From assembly GCA_013265495.1 (NCBI GenBank), contig MU058444.1, positions 310,001-374,000 on the forward strand: 64,000 nucleotides of DNA. Reading direction: 5' to 3'. The number at the start of each line of letters is the position of its first letter. Position 1 is the stretch's first letter. This stretch comes from Vicugna vicugna. Lineage: Eukaryota. Below the pieces are notes generated by a model, which did no database searches, had not been told where the DNA came from, and was given only the letters and a program-made list of their open reading frames with translations. The position numbers and the translations under genes were made by a program. Positions 41,629 to 54,996 of this stretch are shown here, piece by piece.

Positions 41629-44600
41629 CAAGTGTCTGCCCGCTTATTACAGCCAGGTGCCCTTCTGGACCCCCAGGCTTCGCGCAGGGGCTGAACTCAG
41701 AGACCCTGCCCTTGGTCCCCACCCCGCCCTGCCCCTGGCTCTACCAACAGGGGATGCTCTGGGACACAGCCTCTCAGACTGCTCAGGGGCTGGGGCACAC
41801 CCTCCGTGTCCCTCCTGGGCCCCTTTACCATCCTAGACCTGGCTGAGCAGTATCATTATGTGACTTGTAGTCTCCGTAATTGAACTTGTTCAGGATCCTG
41901 TAGGCAGAGTGTCCCAAGTGTTGATGTGATACATTTAAATTTGCAAAAATAACTGCCCCCAGCAGCTCACGCCCCGGTGGACACGTCGATTCAGTTCTTG
42001 CCTTTTCTAGACCTGTCTGCTGCGTTTGGGTGAGCAGCTTAAGAAGGAACCTTTCATTTCACACAATAACCCAATAAACAGGTATCTACACTCAGCTGGA
42101 ATTAACATTCCCCATACAGTTCTCATCCTTCATGATATGCAAGAGATGATTTCCAGTTTCAGTCTTTTCAGTGCTGGTCACAACCAAATGGTTGATCTGA
42201 CGATTCAGTAATGCGTCAGATTCCATAGCTGGAACCGCACACCTCTGCTCTCCTGGACACGCTTTCCCCTGCTTCTCCTCACACATCTCTTACCACCCTC
42301 CTCGGTTCCTGTACTTTCTGATAGTCCCAGTGTTTGCCTTCAGCTTTCTGTTTCTTTGCAGAGTAAATCGTAGAGCCGTTTTGTGCCGTTTTCAACTTCA
42401 CGGCAAAAGTTATCTTGCAAACAGAGATAGCCGTTCCTGGCGTCACAGTCACGCGCACCACACGGTTGTCTGTGAGCTTTGCTACTTCTGGAAGGACTTT
42501 CCGCGGAAGAAGAGTCAAACATCTTTTTTTTTTTTTAACATCCTATAACAACATTACGCAAACATTTAGTACGTGCTGGTGCTCATGCTAAAAAAAAAGT
42601 CATTTAGCCCAAGTGCAGAGCTGAAGTTATCTGCCATCATAATTGACGAGAAAAATGCTCTGCCAATTTTCTCAGATGCTTAGAAAATGCAAAACAGGTC
42701 CACTGTTCAATCAGCAAAAAAAAATTTGTATAACCAGCAAAGGATAATGGGAAAACATTGGAGAGATGGCTGTAGCATCCACCCCACCCTAAGGAGGCCC
42801 TGCGTGGACCATGCTCGTATGTTTACACATCTCCCCATTTTAACCATTTCTATGGAAGAACTGAACGATGTGAGTTTTGAAGTATATGAGTTTGGGGGCT
42901 ACATCTCTCCAAAAAAAAAAAAAAAGCAACATCTTGATTTTAAAGGCTTGGGGTTTTTTTGTTTGATTTTGTTTTGATGCTTTAGTCTAAAAAGACCGTG
43001 CCAATCAAAGACGTGGATTTTAGGTTGTTTGGAAGAGGAGAAGATGCCGTAGGTCAAGAAAGGGTGATGGAAGGATGGGGTTGGAGGCGGAGATGTGGAA
43101 GGAAAGGATGGAGAAACGTGAGAGGGTCTACGCAGTGAGGAGACCCTCGGGAGACCAACAGGAACAGTGATGAAAACATGGCAGGTGAGGGGTCTGGTTG
43201 GCGGAAAGAATCCACTGAAGGTTCCAATCCGGGCTCCACTCCCCGAGTTTATCAGCTCAAGTTTATCAGTCGGCCCCCTGATAGTCACTGAGCTCCTGTT
43301 GTGGGCTAGGCTGTGAGATGCTGGAAGTAACAGCGACCAAGACAGGACTCCGGCCTCGTGGAGTCGGAGAAACGGAGGGCATGACAGGAGAATCAGAGAC
43401 GACTTGACTGAGTGACAATTAGCGTCAGCCCCGCAGAGCATCCTTGTCTGCTTTAGGATTCTGAGCTGCATTGCGGCATCTGCATCCTGAACAGGACCCG
43501 GCTTATTACCTGGGGCTCTGGGAGGATTTGGGGTGACAGATGTATGCTTTGCTAAAATTTTATTTGCAAGCCAGGCAGCAGTCCAGACTCGGCCGCCAGG
43601 CTGTAGTCTGCTGCCCCCTGTCCTGGATCATGCACGTTTGTTGTCCTTCGTGACAGAGAGAAACGTCAAAGTGATTTAAGCCACCACAGTGGACTCTGAT
43701 GCAGCTGCCCCCTGCCTCGCTCTTCAGCTTCTGCTGCTGGGACCGTCAGCCTTCGGAGAGGTTTTTCTGGCTCCTTCTGGCTGGAATGACCTTTGCGACG
43801 TGGATCTCCTGTGCATGGCAGTCACCTAACTCGGCTTGGGTCCAGGGAGACCTTTTCTACCAGCCCTACTGTCCCCCTCCCCCAACCCCGACTAAGAAGG
43901 GACTGCTTGTGACCAGGGCTCGTATGTTCCTGGTTTCTGTTCCTCCAGGAACTAGCGCCTCTGTCTACACTAGTTCCAAGTGACTAGAAAAATCATAGGG
44001 ACAGCCCGGATTTTCAAAGGGCCTGGGGAAGCAGGGGACAAAAACAGTTTTCGACTTGTTTTGCCACATCAGTCTTAATACATCAATGAACAATTTCCTT
44101 CCTATTTTTTTAACTTGTGAAGAGTGTGAAATAGATATTATTCCCAGTGATTTCTGCCAAACTTAAAGGGAAGAAAATTGATAGGCAAAACGGTGGCCTT
44201 TAGGAACTGGGGGATGAGGGCGCATTCGCTAAAAGTGAAAAAAAATACAGCACAAGGACAGGAGGAGGCTGTTTCCTCGCTAACTACGTTCTCGCGCGTT
44301 TCATCGTGCTCCCTGAAAGGATTTTCCCCGGCAGCTCTCTCTGGGCTCAGGATCTGCAGCCCTCGGAGAGGAAAGCCAGTGCAATGACTGCGAGTCCGCC
44401 TGCTTGTGAGAACCCTGTGGACATCCAGAAAGAACTTGAGCTCCCCAGGAGGTTGGCTTTGAATGTTACCATCTCTTTAGGGAAGTATCTGGATTTGAAA
44501 TCCTTTTACAGGCAAACGCCGCGGAGGATCAAGCGCTCTGAGTCAGCGGTAGCCGGGATGCTGCGAGGAGCCGGTGGAGGGACCAGGGATCCGGGCAGCG

Positions 44601-44947
44601 GGGGATGCAGGAGGCCGGCCACGTGGCGGCCGTGGCGGCCGTGGCATCCCCTTGGATTTGTGCAAAGCATCTGCGGAACGGCTTCCTTCCACAACAAGGT
44701 GTGTGAGGAGTAAGTCCTCCTGTTGCATGGAGTTAGAAGTGGGCAAGCCCTGGTCCCAGGGACTGAGGTCCTGACTTCAGAGGGCGGCTCTGCGGAGTGA
44801 GCCTGAGAGGAGCAGCCCCGTGCTGCGGCTCACCTGGGGCCGGCCCCTCCCGGGCCGGGATGCTTCATAAGGCGTCCTTTACATCAGCGATGGGACATTT
44901 CAATAAACATGTCATGCACACAAAGAGTTTATCTACGTGTTCATTTA

Positions 44948-45484
44948 TTTTTTTATTATTATTTTTAATAGTGAAAGTTTTTATATTTAGAATTAGCCAG
45001 CTGGACTGAGTTTAGATGATTCCAATTTTGTTGGCGACACCCAAAGCATCATAGTCAGGAGCCAGGCGTGCACGTGCCTTCTTCTCTCCATCAGGCCTGA
45101 TCAGGGTATTGACTTTAGCCACGTCCATGTCACAGAGCTTCTGCACAGCCTGTTTGATCTGGAGCTTGTTGGCCTTGACATCCACAATGAACACAAGTGT
45201 GTTCTATCTTCTTCATGGCTGACTCGGTGCTCAGGGGGAACGTGATGATGGCATAGTGGTCAAGCTTGTTCCTCCAGGGGGCGCTCTTCCGAGGACGTTT
45301 GGGCTCCCTCCTGAGCCGCGGTGTTTTGGGCGGTCGGAACGTGGGAGACGTCCGGATCTTTTTTTTTTTTTTTTTCTTGTGGCTGTGGATGCCTTTCAGC
45401 AGTGCTTTCTTGGCCTTCAGAGCCTTTGCTTTGGCTTTGGCTTTGGCTTTGGGAGGGGCGGGGGCTTCCTTCTTCGCGAAAAGG
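44948..45484 (-). pseudogene. RPL23A: RPL23A (uL23) processed pseudogene
   Basis: Intronless; translates as [25 protein letters not shown]...[39 protein letters not shown]...[14 protein letters not shown]; has 3'UTR, degenerate poly(A) and a 15-bp TSD ctacgtgttcattta (44933-44947) / ctaggtgttcattta (45485-45499); no ATG; 8-nt frameshifting deletion near 45200. Confidence 0.96.
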
Positions 45485-45519
45485 CTAGGTGTTCATTTAG
45501 AATAATAATAGTAATAGAA

Positions 45520-46600
45520 ATAAAATGTTCAGCCCCACATTCCATCCAGCTCAAGAAACAGAGCATCACCAGCATTTTGGGTTTCCTTTGTGCCTTTTCC
45601 TCCCGGCACTCCGCAGGGAAGCCCTCCCCAGAACTTTTTTCAATCCCTTGCTTCTCTTTTATATTTTACCACACATGCATATATTACTTAACAATGCATT
45701 ATTTAGGTTTCCCTATTTTTGAGCTTTATAGAAATGGAACTACGGGGTGTATTCTTTTGTATCTTATTCTTTTACACAATTTTATTTTTGAGATACGGCC
45801 ATGGTGGTATGTGTAGCTGTCTCTTCATCAGTATGTAATGTTCCATGGTATGAATATACCAGTGTTTATATATTAGCTCTATTCTTGATTTATATCAAGA
45901 CATTGACATTTTTTTCTTATTATGACTACAGCTCCTATGATCGGTCTTGACCGTAGCCTCTGCAGTGGTTTCTCTCTGGTTACAGTTCTTGGAATAGGAT
46001 TACTAAATGGTCAAGTATATGCATGTCCAGTTTTATGAGGTGGTGCCAAGATATTTTCCAAAGTAATTGTTCCAGTTTATACTCACGCCTACAGTGTGTG
46101 TGTTCTCATTCCTCCACATCCTTGGTTACTGTTGGTACTACCAGAACTTACAGTTTTTTCTGTCTGGTGGGTATGAAATGACACCTGGTATTGAATTTGA
46201 ATTTCCACGGCTAGTGCAATTCCTGATTGAATACAGTTGGGCATCTCTTCAGGAATTACAGGCTTTTTTTTTTTTGCTCCTCTGTGAGATGCCTGTTCCT
46301 AACTTTTGCTCTGTTTTATAGGGCTTATTTTTCTGATTATGTCATAGCTGTTCTTTATTTGTAGTCTTCTGTTAAGCGTGTTGCCTCCCAGTTTGTAGCT
46401 TATCTTTTCACTCTTCTTTGGTGTCTTTGATGAACAGGATGAACGGAAGTTTAAAAAATTTAATGTAGTCAAATATACCAATGCTTTTTCTTTTTTCATG
46501 GTTTGCCTTAAGAGCCTTCCTTACTCTGAGATCATAAATAGATTCTCTTCTAAATGTTTAAAAAAATTGCCTTTAACACTTCAATTTCTTAACAATTTCA
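45520..46600 (-). mobile_element. Ancient degraded L1 (L1ME/L1MC-like)
   Basis: T-rich remnants such as ttccatggtatgaatatacc and ttttccaaagtaattgttccagtttatactc. Confidence 0.55.
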
Positions 46601-46616
46601 ATTTCCACACACAATT

Positions 46617-46730
46617 TTATATATATACAGATATATATATATACATATATGTGTGTGTATGTATGTGTGTATATATATACACATATATACACATATATAC
46701 GCACATATATATATACACATATATACATAC

Positions 46731-46768
<38 letters not shown>
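46617..46768. repeat. Compound (TA)/(TG)/(CA) microsatellite; simple (TG)n tracts also near 18426-18456, 25886-25906, 47962-47991 and 61447-61476
   Basis: Directly visible dinucleotide arrays. Confidence 0.95.
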
Positions 46769-46774
<6 letters not shown>

Positions 46775-47089
46775 GTTGACCAGTTGGACGGTAACTACCT
46801 GCATAGGTGTGCTGGCTCCAGATTCAGGACAGGAAGTACACGCATGCATCTCTTCAGTGAGAGTCCGCGCATCACTCCAGTGGCCATGCTTTACCCCACG
46901 AGACAGTTCAGACACGGGGAAGTACATCACAGTGATTAGAAGCCCCAGTAAGATCTGTGTTGTTGTTTGGCCTTCCCTGGTCGTGGTCACAAATAAAAGT
47001 GCAGTGTGGGACAGACCCAGCCTGGGACATACCGGGTGGTTAGGTTTCTGCACAGATTCTCCAAAACTTGCTTATGTTAGAAACGTTTA

Positions 47090-47200
47090 GGGGGGCGGTG
47101 GGTATAGCTCAGTGGTCGAGCACATGCTTAGCGTGCAGGAGGTCCTGGGTTCAATGCCCAGCGCCTCCATCAAAGTAAAGAAATAAACTTAATTACCGCC
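47090..47200 (+). mobile_element. Vic-1-type SINE
   Basis: ggtatagctcagtggtcgagcacatgcttagc...ggttcaatgcccagc. Confidence 0.85.
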
Positions 47201-47957
47201 CATGTTTAATTGCCTTTGTGATAAAAATTCAACTTTAAATGTCCTGAAAAAATGTAATCTCTTAAAAACCTATTCACAGGGGTCTATGGCCTTCAGTTGA
47301 AAAACCACTGGGCTGGGGTACGTCTTACAGACCGGAAGTCCGTGCGAGGCTGATGCCCACGTGGGGCGCAGAGACCCAGCGCGGGCCCTGAGGGCGGCAG
47401 GATCCCCCGAGAACTGCCCCTGGGATGCGCGACAGCGGAGGGCGAAGTGCTAAGTCCTTCTAGTTCGCTGAGGATCTCTTGTAATGACGACTCTGAGCCT
47501 GTGGCTTGGGGCTCCTCTTGTTTTGCTAAAGATCGCCAGAGTCTGTTGCTGAAGGCCAGGCCTCCTTTGCATTAGTTTACATTAATGACTGTGGGTGGGA
47601 CTCTGAGCGTTTACTATTGGAGGGAGCCCTGGCGTCACTGTTTTTGTGTAAAAAGAGGGGTGTCTGCTGGTAAGAGGGCCTTGATGGGGGGGGGTGTTGG
47701 AAGACGCTGGCCCACACAGCCTTCCTGCTTTGCCTTGGCACTGCTGAGTCACCCGGCCTTGGCAGGGCTTTGCGCACAGGTAGTGCCCAGCCACCCCAGC
47801 CGAGTGAAGAAATGCCACTATCCCTTCTAAGATCTGGGGAGACGTTCTCGGGTCCTCTCTGACACCATGTAATTTCAGGCATTTTATAAATGTTGTCGAG
47901 TGATTTAATGGCCTTGAAGGAAACTTCCTAGGAGATGGCGTCTGAAAAATGGCAGAA

Positions 47958-48003
<46 letters not shown>

Positions 48004-48650
48004 ATGATCAATGCGTTCTTCTCCTTCTCAGAGTGTTGGGCACCAGATACCTGCACTTGTATGTTATTAGGCACTCCTTTGTGAGCACCCTAACCTCTTC
48101 CAGCCCAGGCTGGCATCGGTTCTCTCCACGTAAGACCGTGTGAGTGGGAAAGTCAGTCACCTGGCCCTGCTTTCCTCCCAGGATGTGGGGAAGAAGCTTC
48201 TGAAGTATCCTAAGGGCTCACTTGTCGGGTTCCTACTGGGACTCATTACAAGGAAAGAAAAATGTTCACGGTGGTGTTTTTTTTGGACACGCTCAGCTCA
48301 GCTAATGCAAACCGGAAGGAAGAATCAGTGCAGAAGCCAGAAGCAGAGGAGATAAGAGTTCCCACCTGAGAACGTAAGAGAATATTTTCTTGAAAATAGA
48401 ATACACTATTTTTTAAAAAATAGTATTAAGCCTTTCTCTTTGCTATAAAATTAAATAATAACTAAAGAAATGTGCTGCTTCTAGTCCAAAAACAGTGTGC
48501 TATGGAGATGGTAATATTGCCTCTAGTTACGATGCTGGGTTACTCTTCCCCTGGGCTATTGTGGGTTGCATTGCTTCTAATTCTCTCAGGACTGGTCCCC
48601 TTTGTGTTTGATAAGCTGTTGCCATGGTACCATCAAGAAGCACTTCCCTG

Positions 48651-48741
48651 TCGTGCATGTGCACCAGATACTGACACATTGTGACTGAGTATACTTCAAT
48701 CAAAAAATAAAATAAAATAGCACAAATTGAAAAAAAAAAAA
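48651..48741 (+). mobile_element. Very short (~90 bp) L1 3' tail insertion with TSD
   Basis: gacacattgtgactgagtatacttcaat plus poly(A); flanks aagaagcacttccctg (48635-48650) and aagaagccctttcctg (48742-48757). Confidence 0.75.
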
Positions 48742-51700
48742 AAGAAGCCCTTTCCTGCAGGTGGACCTGTTAATGGACTTTTCTATTCTCGGTGTCAGGA
48801 AGGAGGAGAATATCATTTAACTACTTAAATTAATTGACTAAGCCCCATGAATGTGAGTCAAATGATGGCAAAAGTATTTGTAGGCAGAGGATTTAAAAAT
48901 GATCCCTTGATAAAATACTGTTCATGCACAGCGTGCTCCAATTGTGCATTTAAAAATTACCTGGTTTTTTTTAAAGTTCGGTTTGAACTTTCCAATGCAT
49001 TTGCCTCAGAGGATTTAGTCAGAAGATTATCTTATTCAGTCTTAAACTGTCAGTTGACATTGTATTGTTTCTTATAGGACATCGCTTTTGCAAGTAAAAG
49101 TGCTTTCGTGATAGCGATTTAAAATTTTTTTCGGGTATCCTTAAATTTTTTTTTGCTGTGATTATTTATTATCAATCATCAACCTGGTTTTAAGGTTGTT
49201 TACTGATTGTTTTAGTAGATTGCCTCTCTTTCCGGTAACTCCAGGATTAAAAATTTTATAGAGTCAGCAACATCTTTCCAAATCACCATCTCTTTGAATG
49301 GCTTACTGGAATGATTAATCCTATTTCTAAGCACTTTATTTTTTTTTCCCCTCTGTATTTGATACCAGAAGGAAAAAAAAAACACTTAAGCCTTTAAACT
49401 TGAATGTACTAAAGAAATAGCTTCACCCAGACATCTCTCTTTTTTTTAGCATTCTTTTTTTTTTATTATTGAAGTATAGTCAGTTACAATGTTGTGTCAA
49501 TTTCTGGTGTCCAGCATCATGTTTCAGTCATACATACACATACATAGATTCCTTTTCATATTCTTTTTCATTATAGGTTACTGCAAGACATCCCTCTTAA
49601 GACAAGGTGAAGACATGGAGAGGAGGACCATTTGTGAGGGTTATGTGTTGACAGCTTTAGAATGTCTGAAGAAAGGGCAGGAATAAAATATGGCAAAGAG
49701 TGAAAGTAATCTATTAAAGCTGTTCTCTTGCCTTCAAATATTGTCCACCTCCAGGGTGAGCAATATATTTTCAGATGAATGTTACCACCCTCCTTTCTCA
49801 CTTTTTTAGAGGCTGTCAAAGCACTTATTATTCCTCCTAAAACCCAAAGCAGGAGCCAGTCCTTTAACGATCTCTTGGCTGTTAGAGTTCACAGCAGTGA
49901 GCAAAGTAATCCCTGGAAAGTTCTCATGAGAAATCGATGATGCTACAGGCGCAGTGAGGATTTTGGCTGTGGCCGGCCTCTCTGACTGAAAAGCATACAG
50001 CACTTTTGCATCAGGTTCCAGCCACGTCTCTGGAGACACTCCAGGGTACTCCCGCCCGACGAGTGACAAGCAGTGGCAGCCCTTTAAGATAAAGCTATCC
50101 ATTCAGGAATATGTTGCTGTCTTGCCACTTAGAAGCATCACTGTAGATGGCGAGTGGCCTCACTGGGGGTTGATGCATGTGTCTGCGTGCACACGTGTGT
50201 AGGCACGCACATGCGTGTGCTGTGGTGTGTGTTCGCATCCGCAGTTTATCCACTGCAGTTGACTTCTTTGGACTCAGATATTTAGAAACTACTAATTCTT
50301 TTCAGGTTTCAAAAATAAAATCTTCTTAGTCTGATAACATAACATAGAGAAGTTCACCTTGCTCTCTAACATTGGAGGTGACATTATTGGAGTTTTGTCT
50401 CCATTTATACACAGAAACACACCTGTATTTGTTGATCACTTCGCGTGCATCTGCCTAAAGTTGAGATGGCAAGGGTAGCGCTGGCTCAGAGGATGGTGGC
50501 TCTGTCTTGGCCTGAGGTCTATTACGGACTGGCTGTGTGTCCCCAGCTAGGTGGCTTCACTGCTCTGGGCATCAGTCTCTAAATCTTAAACCAAAGGAAT
50601 CTATCCTTTGGTAGTTTTGTGAGAAGGGTGGACCTGAGAAAAGGTTTGACAGACTCACGTTATCAGAAAATATTTTTTATTTCACTGGAACTTTTAATCA
50701 ATAGTTTGGGTGTATAATCCTACATTTCAAATTGCTTTCCCCTGTAATTTTTGACTTCTGGTTTCCAGGGTTTCTGATGGGTGTTCCAATACCAATCTGA
50801 TTCTTGATCTTTTGCAGAAAAAAAAAAATCGAAGCTTTTAGGACCTTCTCTTCCTTCATGTTGCTTTGAAATTTCACGATGACGTAGCTTCATCTACATT
50901 CATCTATTATATTAGAGCTGTGTGCACCTGTCAAGGTAAAAACTAATGGGGAATTAAAAAAATGTTATCTCCATTTTTAACTCTCTTTTCCCCCTGTTCT
51001 TGTTTTCTGGATTTTCTGTTATTTGGATCTTTGACCTACTGGACTTTTCTAGGTTTTTTGTTTTTTAATTATTTCTATTTTCTGTCTTTTTGTCTTTTTG
51101 TTTTACTTTCTGGAAGATTTCATTCTCCTAGTAAGTTTTTCATTTCTGCCATCATATTGCTTCATGGATACAATATATTCTCTTATCTTTTTGAGGCTAT
51201 GAATGATATTTTGTGAAGACTGTATTTCCGTCCTACACTGTATCTGTCTCCTAATTTTTTTCTTGTTATTTGCTCTGGTCTCTGTCTTTCACATCAGATG
51301 ATTTCCTCAAATGTCTGATGATCTTTATTTGCCTGCTCATGTTTAAGCAGGGCATTACACTGACTGGAAGTTCCGTGCCTGTGATTGGGGCTGGTTGCTG
51401 TGGTCTGTCCTGTATGGCAGTCTGGTGGTGTCCGTATCTTTAGCACTTTTCTATTTGACTGGAATGACTTTCCAGAGTAATTTCCTCTGGTTGTTTTCCT
51501 GGAATGTCCATTCCCAGTTTCCAGTAGCCTGAGAGAGGGGGGGTGTCTCAGATTCCGTATGTTAACTTTTATTTAATTCTACCTACACAGTTACATTTTC
51601 CTGAGGATACTTTTTTCCTGAGATCTTTAGATATAAAGAGAAAAGGAAAAAGCCTTTCCCACGCCCTGGGGGAATTTTTGTGGTCATCCTGCAGCGGCGG

Positions 51701-52269
51701 GAGGGACCCTCGCTCAGAGTTGGGGTCAGCTGTTCAGACTGACAACATCATAAACGCCCCGAAGGGCTGAGAAGCCGTTTATGAGTTACCTAACGGGGGT
51801 TTCTGAGGGAGGGCAAGGCAGGCCTCTCGCACAGGTCCAGAATGGCTGCGGATAGCCAGGAAAGGGGCCTGGCCTGGGTTTCCATTGTGGTCAGGGGGCT
51901 GGGCTAGGGGGAGGGTTCACGGGCAGAGAGGATGCTGTGGTTTGAGTCTCCCATCCACAGCAAGGCAGGGAGCACCAGGGCTGCTTCTCAGCTTCCTCAG
52001 ATGCCGAAGGGGGCGAGGGAGGGGGGAGGGCGTGAGAGCCGCCAGCAGACAGCCATCCAGAAGTGGAGTCAGGACCCTTGTTACAGGAATGCCCTGAACA
52101 GGGGGCAGATGGATGGTATGGAAAATGTCACCCGGGGAGACTGTCTTGCCCGGGTCCAAGACAGAGAACAACTTCTTTCAAAGTCCACGTCTCCCTTTGT
52201 GTGGCTGATGCCAGGGCCAGGGGTTCAGAGGTGATTCCATTGTTTGGAAAACGTGCTCAGAAGCCTTCA

Positions 52270-52430
52270 AAGCGGTGCTGTTCCGAGAGCGGCAGGGCCC
52301 CAGCAGCGGCAGCGTCTCCTGGGAATTAACCAATGCAAATTCCCAGGCCCCACCCCAGACCGGCTGAACCCGAAACTCTGTGGGTGAGGCCCCCGCACCG
52401 TCTGTCTGAACAAGCCCTCCAGGAGAGGCC
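52270..52430. mobile_element. MER5A-like relic
   Basis: aatgcaaattcccaggccccaccccagacc...gaaactctg...aacaagccctccagg. Confidence 0.75.
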
Positions 52431-53805
52431 AACACGCGCGCCAGCTGAGAGCCACAGGTGGAGAGGATGCGCGTTCAGACACGTCTGGGAAGGAGCCGCA
52501 GGACCGCGTGGCACAGCGGCATGAAGGCCCAGGGCTTGTCAGTTCTCCACCAGCAGGTGGAGAAAGCAGCTAGCGGTCCCTGTGAGGGGTGGGTGGCGGG
52601 AAGGGTTTGCAGAGGGGAGAGGAGCCCAGCCACGAGGCACAAGGTGAGGGTCTGAGGGGGAAGAGGGTTGGTAGAAATTTCCGAGGGGTGGTAGGGGTGA
52701 CCAAAGAACTCTTAGGAGGGGCGGTGGGTGATGCTCTGATGTAAGTTTTCTATGTCGTGACATCCCAACCTCCGTCCCAAGTCTTCAGTAGGTCAATATA
52801 CGCAACCCACCTGTGTGGGGCAGCAGGGAAGGAAGGGGACGGTGCCAAAGGGGGAAAAGCCACCACTACTCTGTGCAGAGAGGGTATGTGTACTTTATGT
52901 TTGCTTACCCATGTGCTCCCCAGTGCATTCAGTATCCACTGACTGGCTCAATAAATGAAGACTCTGAGTATTTTTAGAATTTATGGGAAGGACCTAGGTG
53001 TGTAGAAAAGACTATGAAAAGGAATATGTGTGTGTGTGTGTGTGTGTGTATAAAATATATATATCTCTCTGAATCACTATTCTGTACATCAGAAATGAAC
53101 ACATTGTAAGTCAACTATACTTCAATAATAAAGTAAAGAAAGAAAACCAATAAAATTCACCTAAAGCATCAAAAAAAAAGTAAAGAAAATTAAATCAGAA
53201 TAAGTTATCCCTTTCCCCTTGCCCACTCCCACCTTCCCAAAAAAGAAAAACCTGGGCCTGGTTCCTGACCTAGACCTGTTTGCCCTCTGGTTGCGAAGGC
53301 CAGACTGAGGCTGAGGCCCACCTGTGTCGGCTGCACATTTTTCCTTAGAAATCTCAGCACCCTTAAATTCAGCCTTTGTTTCCACTCTACCAGGCCTAGA
53401 TTTGGTTTCCAGTGTTGTTTGCCCTATCTTGACCTAGAGGATAATCACCCACAAGGCTGCCAGTTCTGGAAGGTCTGCAAGCTGTGGTTGTGCAGTGCCC
53501 AGCCTGCATGTCAGCACATGACAGCCCTGAACACTGTGTCCAGATGATTTTTGCAAAATGACAACCTTATCTGTTCTCTGTTGCTATCACTGGTTTCATA
53601 CTCAGAATTCTGGAGGAGGTTGCCTTGCTTTTATTCCCAGGTACCAACCCTAAAATATACAAATTAAAGGAAAACAAAAAGCAGAATTTTAAATACAAGA
53701 CTGTAATCAATTACAGGTTAGATGACTTGGAAGATGCATTCTCAAACTTCAGAGGTGGAGTCATAACAGTGGAAACATGATCTAAAGGTTAGAATATTTG
53801 ACTTC

Positions 53806-54188
53806 TACTATGGAAAACAGATTGGAGTTTCCTTAAAAAACTAAAAATAGAGTTACTATATGATCCAGCAATCCCACTTTTGGGCATATATCTGAAGAAA
53901 GGTCCAAAGCAAAAAGATATATGCACCCAGTGTTCACAGCAGCACTATTTACAATAGCCAAGACATGGAGGCATCCTAAATGTCTAGCGACAGATGACTG
54001 GATAAAGAATATGTGATATATATACACAATGGAATATGACTCAGCCATAAAAAAGAATAAAATAATGCCATTTGCAGTAACATAGATGGACCAAGAGATT
54101 ATCATACTAAGTGAAGAAAGTCAGACAGAGAAACACAAATATTATGATATTGCTTACAAGTGGAATCTAAAAAGACACAAATGAACTG
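53806..54188 (+). mobile_element. L1 ORF2-end fragment
   Basis: tatggaaaacag...atgatccagcaatcccact...gattatcatactaagtgaa. Confidence 0.9.
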
Positions 54189-54239
54189 TTTATTGAACAT
54201 TCACTAAATGTAAGGAGGTACCAGACCCTGCCTTTAGAA

Positions 54240-54568
54240 ATCACTGTTCAATGCAGTCCACTAGACACAAGCAGCTATTATGTCGTTGAAATGGGGCTGG
54301 GGCTAGTTCAAATCGAGACATGATGTAAATGTAAGGCACACCCTGGGTTTAGAAGACTTAATAGGAAAAAATGGCAAATATCTCATTAGTAATTCTTCAT
54401 ATTGGCCACATGTTGAAAAGATAGTAATTTGAATACATCAAGTATAATATATTAAGATCAATTTTACCTGTTTCTTTTTATTTTTTTTAAGTGTGGATAC
54501 TAGAAAATTTACAATTCTAAGTGTTACTCACAATTTTGTCTCCTGGTATCTTTCTGTTGGACGGTGTG
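54240..54568. mobile_element. MER33-like hAT-Charlie relic
   Basis: aatatctcattag...acatgttgaaa...ttacctgtttctttt...actagaaaattta. Confidence 0.7.
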
Positions 54569-54982
54569 CTTTAGAAATTAATAGACCAGGGAGGGGCATG
54601 GAAGCAGATCATTAGAAGTGAGTGGGGCGAGTGCTTTAAAGGATGGAGGTATGAACTATAGAGGAGGGTGCATTGTTTCGCTGGTGTGTTCAGGAAGAGA
54701 TTTAAAGAGGGAAGGAGGGCAGGGCAGGAAGAGAGAAGAATGCATGGGGCACGGAAGACAGCCTGGTGGGTTTAGGGAAAGCGTCTCCCTTTAGGGGGAC
54801 AGAGGACAAAGCCTTGGGGCAGCAGCAGGAAAATATAGAAACTCTGTCTTCATAGTTTCCCCTAATAGTTTAAAATTGTGTGTCACTTATTTAGAAGGTT
54901 ATTATTTGTCTCGCAATCTGAATAACAGCAATATTTTTTTCTTAGAAAAATTACTAATAGCCTGACTGTATTATATCAGACA

Positions 54983-54996
54983 CCACTAGATGGCAC
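54983..54996 (+). promoter_or_regulatory. CTCF core motif CCACTAGATGGCAC
   Basis: Full match to CCASYAGRKGGCRS in unique-looking sequence. Confidence 0.7.

Noticed and set aside
45256..45816. 186-aa + strand ORF
   Set aside because: It is the antisense reading of the RPL23A pseudogene running into an old L1.
46498..47090. Several ORFs rich in Y/I/H/T/C/V
   Set aside because: They are translations of a dinucleotide microsatellite.
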